From Phoronis australis (lineage: Eukaryota; Animalia; Phoronida), in NCBI GenBank assembly GCA_002633005.1, contig NMRA01001022.1:1-64000 (forward strand): a stretch of 64,000 nt of DNA, given 5' to 3'. The notes under the pieces are model-generated. The model was not told where the DNA came from, searched no databases, and was given only the letters and a program-made list of their open reading frames with translations. A program made the position numbers and the translations under genes. Below are positions 13,382 through 25,148 of this stretch, one piece after another; position 1 is the stretch's first letter; every line of letters starts with the position of its first letter.

Positions 13382-14445
13382 CTCTCAACGGCCCACGATA
13401 CTAATAGTTTTCCCGGACTACGTAGACAGTGTAACAAGACTTACCTGAAATTTTCCAAATGGTGATGATTGACAATCGCCGGACTAAAAAGAAAATTTAG
13501 CCTCCCAATTTCCGATCAAAGTTCGAGGTACCATGCAATGATGTCCTGATTATCTCTGCTGCTCTGGTTGACAATGTATCTCAAAAACTATTCTACCCGC
13601 GTTGATATCTGCGTCTTTATCTGTCCAGAGGCTGTCATTCTGGATCCCTGGTTCCCTACGTGCCGCTAGGTGGAAGCCAGCACGCAAGTATCAAAGACGT
13701 TAACAAGATTATTCACTATGGCCGCCGCCATTATTGTGTCACGGACCGAGGCGACACTTAGCGGGGTTGTGTGCGCCGACGAAGTGCACGAGGCAGGAAG
13801 CTACGGCCGATTTTAGTTTGTCAATTTCAAAATTGTGAAGTGTCTTTGTTTGAAATATGGAAAACAAAAAACATGAGCAGTGCAATGGAAAATACACATA
13901 GGCAAAATATAGATTATAACAAGAAAAAATTTGGGCTGTAAAAGTAATAAAAATTACAAGAAATACATAAGCCAGAGCGTGACTCAGTAATCAGAGGAAA
14001 CCAAGTGAAAATATTGGCGATTGCAAGGCGAGCAGGTACAAAACCCATAGGATTTTGTCCAGGGGGGTCAGCTTAGTAATAAACGTAAGATAGATCTGCT
14101 GAAGGAGAGGTAGGAGCAAAAACAGGGGGCGCCCCTCAACCAAAAGGTTGGGGGTGGAGATAACTTTCTTTCCCAATATTCTAGGTGTTCATATCAATTA
14201 ATTAACAATTAATTATTAAAACTTTCACCGCGAAAACTTTGTTCTAAAATTTAATTGAAAAATTAACAGAATCTCATCCCCCAACCATCAAATGTATCCT
14301 ACGCCAATGTCCAAAAACGGCGTTTTTACCCCATCCAAACTCTGGTCCAGATCTCTGTTTCGAAAATACACACCTTACGATGTTCTACATTCAAGCAGGG
14401 GTGCCTATGCCCAGTTACATGACACAGTTCCAAATATCGACTCAA

Positions 14446-14604
14446 CAGGGGCAGATCTAGGGTTTTTTTAAAAGGGGGGTGTCGGATCAAAGATTTTTAA
14501 AGGAGGGTGACCCAAGTCAACAATTTGAAAATTCTAGCTTTGACATGACTAAAATCGAGAGAAAATGGGAGGTCTTAACCCCTTTGACAAAGGATCCGCC
14601 AGTG
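14446..14604 (+). mobile_element. Short MITE, CAGGGGCAGATCT...GGATCCGCCAGTG
   Basis: Imperfect terminal inverted repeats; CTCAA on both flanks (14441-14445, 14605-14609). Confidence 0.7.
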
Positions 14605-15486
14605 CTCAACGGTGTTGCCTAAATCTTTTGCGCATTTTTTCCGTTCTTTACTCACAGTTTTTGTATTTTTCTATCATTTTTTTCTTTATTAAGAGCCCCT
14701 CTTTTGATTGATGACGTTTTCTAATAATGTAACTAAAACCTGGGTATTTAAATTAGGGCCGTTGCACGAAAAGATCCCTTAATAATACTGAAAATTCAAC
14801 GTAGAAAGCTCACATATACACAACAGTTTTAGGGAACAGAGTGAAGTCGCTACTTGGGACTGATTCGCTGGACCCCCAGCATCCGTGAATGATGGTATCT
14901 AAAATGGGTAACGAATTGGGGTGGGTTGTGGTGAATGAAACTGGATTCAAGAGGGGTAGGGGGTTGAAAACCAGCAAGAGATGGAATTCCTGTCTGCAGT
15001 TCAATAAACCTGCCTTGTATGTCCACATAAAACAGCCAAGATGCCTATTTAATACACAGTCCATTTAGGGTAGTTTTTACGATGTTCTCGAAAACCATTC
15101 ACATTTTTTTAAATCAACTATCACCAGTCAGTTAAAGGCATATTCAGCCTACGTCGGCAGATGAGTACGGCCAACTTCAAAGTCAATAACACAAGAACGC
15201 CTTATTTCCTGACTTGATGTTTTAAAACCCGTGTCAAATTAAAAATCTAATCAGACGACATCGTCACTGAGTGTAAGGGGGTTTCCAAGGTAATACACAT
15301 ATTACCGAAGTACCCACCGATATAAGGCTCAATATGCTATAAAAGGAACACTTCCTTCTACACTCCCTATGTAAAATTACAACACTATAAATTAATATTT
15401 ATTATGCACTTGAGTCCACACCATGATCATATAATATAGTTTATTGACCAACGACAGCCAGAATGTTACTGTACGGGATCACAAGA

Positions 15487-15645
15487 AATAATTTAAATAA
15501 GTAACAGTGAATAAATAAAAACAATAAACAAATGAATAAATGAAAATACATAAATAATAATAAATAAATAATAGATAAAAAGAAATATATGATAATATAA
15601 CAATAATAGAATTAGTAAATAAATAATAATAGTAAATATTATTAT
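15487..15645. repeat. AT-rich low-complexity (AATAA-like) tract
   Basis: Direct inspection. Confidence 0.8.
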
Positions 15646-15879
15646 CTTTTAGATCTCAATGTATTAAGACTGCAAAAAGAAATGAAAGAAAATAATCAAT
15701 GGGCATAGAATAAACTAATCAGTAGTTCCCAAAATCATGCAAATAATTTACAATAATTTTCTATAAGCGGTCAAGTGCAGGGAACAGTAAAGACATTTAG
15801 TTCAAATCACCCAATCCATCACTTGTGGGCAGACAACAGTTTCACGCAAAAATTCTTTGTTTCAATCGGGAACATAATC

Positions 15880-16478
15880 TATCCCAATCAGTGGGGAAGT
15901 AAAAAAGCATGTCACGAATTTTCAATTAACTGTTGTTGCAGCAGCAGGTCTTGCAAAAAGCACAATTGTTTTTTTTTACCATCTGGAGCCGTCATACCTT
16001 GCCATATTTGTTTATTGCACACACGCTCGCTAGACGTCCAATGGGACTTGGCCGGGTGGTTTGTCTCCCTCTCTACTGTCTCTGCAGGTATCACTTATTT
16101 TTTTACACCTGCGTTTCTGATTGGGTGATCGAATTCTCAGCAGGCAGCGCTTTACGCAAACAAACTGGCATGACTGATGGAGGAAATGTAAGTGTGGTCT
16201 GTTGTACAGACAAATCGGTGTTCAAAATTCATGTTCAAGAAATGTGAATCCCAAAAAATTGTGGTTGCGCCTTTTCAGAGTGCATCTTTCTACTGTGGCT
16301 GGCTCTTGCTCACATTGCTGTCCTTACTCACGCAGTATGAATAGCACACTAGTTAAATCGGCCAGATGACGGCGTACGTGTTTATTGTACATGTACGTGC
16401 TTAAAGCACGCGGCTATTAAAAATTATTGCAGAAACGAAATAATTAGTGCTGCTACGCCATTTGCCGGCATGACAAGG
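15880..16478 (-). mobile_element. Possible piggyBac remnant (C-terminal transposase fragment and one end)
   Basis: Frameshifted pieces SRKMH..HFLNM..LYN and a Cys-rich tail (..GKKKTIVL/FCKTC..CF). TTAA|CCTTGTCATGCC end at 16478. Other end not found. Confidence 0.4.
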
Positions 16479-17481
16479 TTAAAAATCGTTCATAGTCCGC
16501 TATTTTCTCACCTTGTTGTAAAGCTAACCAATGACTGCCAACGTTACATCAACCAATGATAAAGCGCGTGCTATTGCCTGCTACCTGCGTGCTGGCTACC
16601 ACTTAGAGGCACGCAGGGAACCAGCGAGTCATTTTGGTGATTGTTAATTGACCTATCGCAAGCTCCCCCCCTCGCAAAAAGACACCTGACACCGGACAAA
16701 CAAACAAACAAGATGTCAGAGGCAAGTACAGTCGCTAAACGACGTTCCTGGTGGAATCGATTAGTTTTTACGCTTGCCTAATACACTTCTGCAAAGAAAA
16801 CAAGCGATGCTTTTCAGCCGAAAATTAAGCGTTCAAGATATCAGAATTTTTAAAGGCGACTATAAAAAATAAATGTTTAAGGAAAAGTATTTCCGAGCCA
16901 GCGAAAACCCGATGAACTCCTCACCTCACCGAGTTCACCTTCACATGATAAATGACAAGGTCACTGATGCGATATGCTCATGTACAGGTGGGTATGTACT
17001 TTAAAGTCGGATTATCTGTGAGATGCCACAGATTTCACTATCTTTGGAACAAATTCAGCAAAGATTCACCGATATTTTTATTCTGCCGTCTGCTACACTC
17101 CGCCAAACGAAAAGTAGGTAACAACTCGTAGGACTCCCGATAACAAAGTAGGTCGAGTCGATAGCACTGTTTATGCATTTCTAATCTTCGAACGAATTAT
17201 TTTGATTAAAAAATCAGGTTCATAGCCCGGGCACACACTCATCTTATCCTAGACAAGCAGTTAGCTCCGGTAGGTCTCGGGCTGTGTCTAAGTCAAATTA
17301 ATGCATAGATTTGGTTGTAATTACACCATCTAAACATAAGTTAGGTCTAACCTCTGATGAACTTTGCTGCAGTTTTGTAGTTTCATTGCATAATGGTAGC
17401 TTCCAGTTATTTTTAAACGTATTAAGATCCCTAAGCTGTGGTTTGGTAACAAAAGTTGGCAAGTCTGGCGTATAATGATAA

Positions 17482-17640
17482 AAATGGCTATTTACAAAAA
17501 ATAACCCAAAAGCGTCATGAATCTAAATATCATATTCGAACAACTTTAAAATGAGCTGCCTCTAATTCTACAGGTGAGGTGTATACTAGAAGTTCTGGTC
17601 AAAAATTAACTCAACTGTTTATTTCTCCATGACAGAATTG
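17482..17640 (+). repeat. Dispersed repeat, copy 2
   Basis: Aligns with 12476-12640. Confidence 0.7.
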
Positions 17641-17670
17641 CACTTTCGTAAAATTGACTGTACTTTCGGG

Positions 17671-18363
17671 ATTTTTATTTTTTTATTCTCCCAGTTCAAC
17701 ATAAGCAAGAAAAAGGAACTGGGATTCCCTGGCCTTAGGCTACAATTCATTGAAAGAAAAGTTTACCAAGCTAACAGTATACTTGAACTGGATTTTAGAA
17801 ATACATATAAAAACATACAAGACAGAGCACTAGTATATGCCTCTGAAAAAGGGAGAGTATTTTGGAGTGATGAAGTCATAATTACATTTTTGTTAGATTA
17901 TGCATTTGTGACCATCTGTTTGTAAACTTTTCTATTTCTAAAATTTTTGAATAAATGTATTTTTCACAAGAGTAATAAAGTTCAACTTCTATTGTCAATA
18001 TAATTAAATTTGGAGGTTTACCATTGAGACGTTGCTTATGTAACTGGAACTTGCAAAGACACAAGATTAAATTTTGAATTGGTTGGCTTCTACACCTATT
18101 TCCAAAGAAAACCTTAAGAACATTTGTACCCAGGGAAATATTAGTTTTTTTCTGACCCAATCTTCAACATTGTTCCAAAAAATTTGAACATCACATCGCC
18201 AGTATAAATGAAGCAAACTCTCAGGTTCCAACTTACAAAATGTACACAAGAGGGGGGGGGGGGTTACTAACCCCAATTTTAAAAAGATAAGAGTTGCAGC
18301 TGATTATCCTATGTGACAGTCACATCAAGAGTAAAGTTCACATAGTAGGATGAACTGAATCAA
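17671..18363 (-). mobile_element. 3' part of minus-strand L1/Tx1-type LINE (continuation of 21230-23790)
   Basis: LSHRIISCNSYLFKIG, CTFCKLEPESLLHLYWRC; AATAAAAAAATAAAAAT tail at 17687-17671. Confidence 0.85.
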
Positions 18364-20958
18364 TGAGAGCTGAAGAAATGAAAGGTGTGATGATAAGAGC
18401 AAAGGCTAAGTGGGTGGAGGCAGGTGAAAAATCTACTAAATATTTTTGTAATCTGGAAAAATACTTTTATCAATAAGAATGTTACTAAATTGGTAACAGT
18501 GAGTGGTGAAGCAATTCAGGATTAAAAAGAACTTTTGAAAGAAATAAGTCAATTTTATAAAGAAGTGTATTCGTGTAAAGACGGATTACTAGACGAAGTT
18601 AATTTGAATGACGTCATACCGAGCACGAACATTCGTAAATTAAGTGAAGCTGAAAGCAACTCACTCGAATCAGAAATCTCAGAAGGGGGCAGTGCTTAAT
18701 TCATTGGAGCACATGAAAAATAATAAAGGTGCAGGTCTGGACGGTTTCACCACGGAATTTTATAAATTTTCTGGTACGACCTAGCGAAGTATCTTACTAA
18801 AGCGTACAATCACAGTTTCAGAAGAGGCTTCCTTCCAAACTCCAAACTCCAGGGAGTTATTACCATCATACCCAAAGGAAATAAACTGAGAAAGAATATA
18901 AAAAATTGGAGGCCTATTTCTCTCTTGAATATAAATTACAAACTTTTGTCTTCTTGTATTTCCCAATGAGTTCGTTCTGTAATACAAAACTTAATACACC
19001 GTGACCAAAAGGGTTTTCTCTCTGGGCGTTTCATAGCAGAAAATACAAGGCAGACTTATGACTTGATGCAATTTACTGAGCAGTTAATAAACCAGGTTTA
19101 CTTGTACTGGTAGACTTTTAAAAGGCGTTTGACTCCTTGTCTTGGTCTTTTATTGACAAAGTTTTAAATTTCTTTAATTTTGGTCACTGAATGAAAAAAT
19201 GGGTGCAAAGCAACGTGTTATACAAAACGGTGTCAAATCTAACTTTTTCGACATAGGGCGTGGTTGCAGGCAAGGTGATCCGTTATCGCCTTACCGTTTT
19301 ATTCTATGTGCAGAGATTATGGGCTGGCTCTTTAGACTAGCCAGCAGCGTTAAGGGAATCCAGGTCGGATCGGTGGAATACAAACAGTATGCAGATGATA
19401 CGGTTATATCTTTAGATGGCTCGGAGCAGTCTCTGCGAAAAACGCTTCACATTTTAAACCATTTTGCAACATATTCTGGTCTAAAGCCTAATCTGTAAAC
19501 AACAATTTGTATTTGGATAGGTTCTATGAAGGTTCCTATCAAAAATGTGCTGTGACGTAAAACTGAAATGGGCAACATCACAATTCACTTTACTGGGTAT
19601 TCAATTCTCCAGTGATTTAAATAAAATTCCCGACATTAATTTTAACAGCAAGCTTGGTGAAATAAAGAAGGCTATAGACATGTGGGGAAAAAGAAACTTG
19701 ATGCTTTATGGAAGAATAACAACTGTGAAACCGATAATTATGCCAAAACTCATTCATCTTTTTATAATTCTACCGTCCCCTTCACAGGCCTTCCTGAAGC
19801 AGCTAAACAAAATGTTCTACTGTTTTATATGGAACGGTAAAACTAAAAATTATGGCTCAAGATTACAATGTTGGTGGAGCTAGAATGATTGACCTCAGTT
19901 CTTTTATGAAAGCCATTAAATTAACTTGGTTTCGTAAACTACTTTGTCAAAGTACTACAAGTCCATGGGCAGTTTTAGCAAATGGTATGTTATCAAGAGT
20001 TTCAAAGAATTACTTATTGCTCGGGGATTTTTATTTTACAAAGATGTCCCAAATGACTTCTTATGTGTTTTGCAAAGAGGTCTTTCAATATTTCTATGAA
20101 TTCAGATTGTTAGTTCCCAAAAACGATGGCATTCATCAGCCTCTATGGTTTAATTCGAATGTACTGATAGATACAAGTAACAAGCCTGTTTTCTGTAAAC
20201 GGTGGTTTCCAAAAGGCATAACTCATGTGCGCGACTTACTTAATTCTGATGGTTGTTTCCTTAATTATGAGGAGTGTATACAGAAATTTGACTTTACTCC
20301 TCAAGTAACTTTATTTTACGGTCTACGAAGCTCATTATATGCTCACTGGAGTTATCTCAGAGAGGGAAAGCATCACGTAATTTTACTGCGTCGTCCACGA
20401 TACACTGAAGTTATTTTGGGAGATGTCAAAGGAGTAGATAAAATTTACCAAGTTATTGTCTCACAGATTTGTGGAAAAACAAAGTGTCAAATGAAGTGGA
20501 GTAAAACATTAAATCTCCCGGATACTGCAGAATGGTGGTCCAGTGTCTTTTTCTTACATCTATTCATTCACCGAAGATTTTCTCTGAGATGGTTCAAATT
20601 TAGGCTGGTTCATGAAATTATAGGCTGTAATGATTGTTTATACTAGATTGGCGTAATTGATAGCTCATTGTGCACTTTTTGCTTAAGTGATATTGAATCT
20701 ATTTCCCATGTGTACTGGTCTTGTAACGTTACTCAGTAGTTTTGGACTATTGTAAATAACTGGCTCGAAGATGCTGTTGGACATAGTTTCGAATTGTCTA
20801 TGCAATCAGTTCTGTTTGGTGTTCAGGTGGAAGCAGTTTTTCAAAGTATTGTTCTTTGCCTCGGAAAGTACCACATATGTAAACAAAGATTGAAATGTAA
20901 ATATCCCTGCCTTGAAATGTTTAAAAAGGAAGTTGCACTGTACATTTCCACTGAAAGG

Positions 20959-21019
<61 letters not shown>

Positions 21020-21229
21020 TAATTAAATGAAGTATGGTGAATTGATAGAGCGCTGGAAAGGTCTTGACCTTGTTTGCTTGTTCTTTTTTCTCCAATGTCA
21101 AATTACCTTTGTACATATCAGCACTATTAACCCTAACTGTTCCTTGACTAAAACAAAAAAGTTATTGCATTTTGTAATTGTGTGATCTGTACCGTACCTA
21201 TTATATTGAATAAAAGATATCATTAAAAA
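18364..21229 (+). mobile_element. 5'-truncated L1/Tx1-type LINE (RT to 3' UTR), decayed, nested in another LINE
   Basis: RAKAKWVEAGEKSTKYFCNLEK, NWRPISLLN, RGCRQGDPLSP, QYADD near 19385, QPLWFNS; AATAAA at 21209 and a short A tail to 21229. Confidence 0.92.
20959..21019. repeat. (CA)n(TA)n microsatellite within the LINE
   Basis: Direct inspection. Confidence 0.95.
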
Positions 21230-23790
21230 GTAGACATTTTTCCACTATTCAATAGTGTCTGGTATACCATATTCTGCCTGCCACCTCATCTCAGACCTAG
21301 GCCTAGAATATTTGTGTAGCACAAAAGTGTTGTATATATGTTTCGTGCCCTTTTTGTTTGCAAGTAATAACTTCTCAAAAATTAGGATAAAGGTTGCATA
21401 GAAGAAAAATTTGTCTCTTTGAGATTTCCCAATTTTGACAAACAGCCCCTCTGAGCCCAAAAAAATCACGAACATTGGTCTAAAATTGAACTCCATCAAA
21501 AGATAACGAATATCCATGCTCGTCTAGTAGGTCTGAGAAATAATAAACACCCATTTCAAACCATCTTCTCCACCAATCATAACATGAGAAGCGGCATGTT
21601 TGTAGAAATAATTCCCAAATTTTAGACAATCCAATGATACTAAATCAGTGTTTAAGAGGAGACTTAACCATGCAGTAGAATTTGTAGCTTTTAAGATCCT
21701 CCCCATCCATGTAATCTTAATTGCCTCTAGAAAAGAGTAAACATCTATCATTTTCCAACCGCCAAAGTCATAATGTTGAATCATGGTTTTGCGACTAATT
21801 CTGTCACACTTTCCTCCCCAAATATAATTAAAAAACAGCAGTTCTTTCTAAATCTTTACATAACAGATTGTTGAGAATTGGCAAACATGACAAAACATAG
21901 ATCAGTTTTTGGAGAAGAAATGATTTAATCACAGTAACTTTACCAAGATTACTTAAGTTTCTTTTTGACCATCTTACAATTTCCTTTTTAATATCAACCA
22001 ACTTGCGCTCAACTTTCAAATTACTCATTTCCTGGATGCCAGTAGAAAAAACAATCCAAAGCATAGTAAACTGTGAGCTGGACCATTTTAAACCCTTTTC
22101 AGAAAAAACCCTTAAACTGCTTTGCTTCACAGATCCTATCCAGGCTCAAGTTGTTTTTTTTTCTAAATTTGGAGTTAGACTGGAATACTTCGAGAACTGG
22201 TCAAGTAGATCAAGAGAGTTTTTTTAATGACCTTTCGGAATCATCGAAGGTGATAGCAGTGTCATCTGCATATTGTACTAGTTTAAATTCTTTGGATCCA
22301 ATCTGGATACCTTTTATATTTTTGTTTTTCCTAAAGAGATTTCCCATAATCTCAGCACAGAGTAGAAAAAGATAGGGTAATAAAGGATATCCTTTTTGGC
22401 AACCTCTACCCATTTCAAAAAATTGAGAGGTTTCTCCATATTGAATTATACAAGACATAGCTCTCTTATTAAGCAACGGTACCCACGTTTTGATGTTTGG
22501 GCCTTAATTAAAAAAAAACAAGTTTTTTTGTAGAAATACCCAAGATACTGAGTCGAACGCCTTCTCAAAATCCACCAGAACCAGTAATCCAGGAATATTT
22601 AATTGGTCAGTTGCACAGATAAGATCATAGATTAATCCAATATTTTCACCAATTAATCTACCAACAAGATCGTGGATCAAACAATTTAAGACAGACTTAA
22701 CACGTTCAGAAATACAGGCTGAAATTAATTTATAATTTATATTGAACAATGACATTGGCCTCCAGTTTTTGAGAAGTTTCCTAGGTTTGTTAGCTTTTGG
22801 GATAATTTGGATAACACCTTGTTTTACAGCGGAGAGTAGGCAATTCTGTAAAAACGTACCATTAAAAGCTCCAACTAAATCGTCGCTCAAATCAGACCAA
22901 AAAATTTGTAAAATTCCATTGTAAAACCATTGAGACCTGGAGTCTTATTATTTTTCAATTTTTAGAACAAATAGAATTTCATCATAAGTAATACTTTCTT
23001 CCAATCAATCTCTTAATGCTATCTTCCAGTTTTGGTGAATCAGTGTTTTCTAAAATTTCATCTAAATCATATTGGGAAAAGTGATCATCCTTTTTGGCAT
23101 AAAGATTGTAGTAAAATTTCCTCCAGAACTCCCTTTTGACTACAGATCAATGTACCATTGTCATCTATTAAACTTGAGATGTTTTTATTAAAAAATTCCG
23201 CTTTTCTAAATTTACAAATATCCTGTTGGCTTCTCACCATTTTCTATACACTGAGCACGAGAACTCATTATTAATCCATCGATGAATTCCTTTCGGATTT
23301 CTTCGTACTTTGCCTGAAGAATTTCTAGCCAATCACTGAAAATTCAGAATCGGTATTCTGAACGAACTGGTGGACAGTACTTATCAATCTTTTCTAAATG
23401 CACTTTTCTGTTTCTTTTCCTTATTTTTGAAAGCACTATATGACAGCGTGAAAGATCTAATGTTCAGTAGGAACATGTTAAACAGTAAAACTTCTTCAAT
23501 GTCAGAAGCATATTCACTTTTGGTGTCTTGAATAATAATTATTTCTTGCTCCACATCCCGTAGTAGAGAATTATTAAATTTCCATAAGCCTCTGCCACAT
23601 TCAAAAGAGTGCAATTTTATATCCAAACGAATGGCTGAATGATCAGTTCTGTAACCTGGGTTAATTTTTACCGCGTTTAACAAAGATAATAACTCGTCGG
23701 AAATTAGAAAAAGTCAAGGTTTTTTCTACTCCGTGTAAAAGAGGTACGGTCTGGATTGTAGACTCTCCTAGGATCAACTTTCGGAATTAT
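21230..23790 (-). mobile_element. L1/Tx1-type LINE, APE C-terminus through RT, decayed
   Basis: PGYRTDHSAI and GRGLWKFNNSLL (APE end), KNWRPMSL, VDFEKAFDSVSW, QYADDT; multiple stops and frameshifts. Confidence 0.92.
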
Positions 23791-24340
23791 TTAATTGTGA
23801 TTTCCATTGTGAAGTGACGAGTTCTGAAATGAGGATGCTTTGAAAAGTATCACAATAATGATGGCATTATAGAAACACAGCGTCAGCTAAGTGCTGTAAG
23901 TGCCGCAAACGCGACCCAGTCTCTAAATGAATTCTTACACTCGCGACGTGGTGTGAACCGCTCCGACGGGATTTAACTAGCCGGGAGATAAAACTGAACT
24001 TGAGCTCTCTCAAACATGCAGTATGAAGCCAAGGCTTAAATTTATTATTTTCATATTGCATGAAACTCTTCTACTTCATTACTAACATAAGCAGTTTTCA
24101 GCGCATCATGTGTCGTGTCTAACAAGATATATTTGACACTAGAAGGTTTGCTTCCCAAGGTGTAAAAGCCGCGGACGACGCCACGAAGAAAGAGTTTGTT
24201 TTTAAATCGAAATACGTTACACCTCGTCAGCTTGCTAAAGGTCGTGAGTGTAAAAGGTATTGAAAAACTAGGACGCGTTTGCAACGCGTCCCGTGATGCA
24301 TGAGATATTTTCTTTTCCATTTCCGGGAGAGAGCTTTATG

Positions 24341-24635
24341 TAAGTGTCACATCATTCACCGTGCAAATACACTTATCCCGGTATGTAGGCACTCCTCCTC
24401 CCAAGAAAGTAACACCCCTCCCAAGAAAGCACTCCCCCTCCCAAGAAAGAAGTGCTTCTATAAAAGACACCCACTGCGTATTATACCACAACAACCGCCT
24501 CACACAGGACAACACACAAAGCGCACGCATGAGAATAAACTCCTCCGCATAAAACTCACAACTCCACCACGTGGCATCGCATGGCTTCTACATGGTCTTC
24601 TAAAATTTAAGTTCATAATTGTTTCGTAATTCCGT
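24341..24635 (+). repeat. Diverged inverted copy of the terminal region at 24890-25245, with three 20-nt CCTCCCAAGAAAG units
   Basis: Shares AAGTGTCACATCA, CCAAGAAAG repeats, GCGCACGC, GTGGCATC..ATGGCTTCT and TAAAAT..GTTCATAA with the reverse complement of 24890-25245. Confidence 0.7.
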
Positions 24636-25148
24636 AATTTACGCTGATGTAGTTGTCAGGGTTGTATTGTCCACATTTTGAGGGAATGCCTTGAAGGGGT
24701 TACCTCTGAAGTACTGTTCGCAATTTTCGGCAAGACTGTCACTAAAAATGTAGCCCATGGAAAATCATACAAAAGACAAAGTTATTCATAGTCAGGGTAA
24801 AAAATAACGGCACAAAAAACATCATTGGATCTGTCCGAAACAACCCCTGGTTATCCAGCAAATGAAGTGCCTCCAAACGCGACATAGGATTCGGATATAA
24901 TAAGCATTTATGAACCTCCATTTTAAGGCGGCAAAAAGAAGCCATAAGATGCCACACGGGGGAGTTATGCGTTTTGCGCGGGGGAGTTCATTATGAGGCG
25001 TGCGCTCTGCGCGCTGATCGCGAGAGGGAGTATGCTCGGGGGGCCATTGTGAGGCAGGTGAGCGCGTGCGTGTATGGGGGGATTGGGTGTTATGGTATGA
25101 GACCCAGATGTGAGGTGTCTTTCTTAGGGGCATTGCTTACATGTACTT

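Noticed and set aside
20794-21116. ORFs with HTHT/CVCV runs (also 30368-30843)
   Set aside because: They are microsatellite translations.
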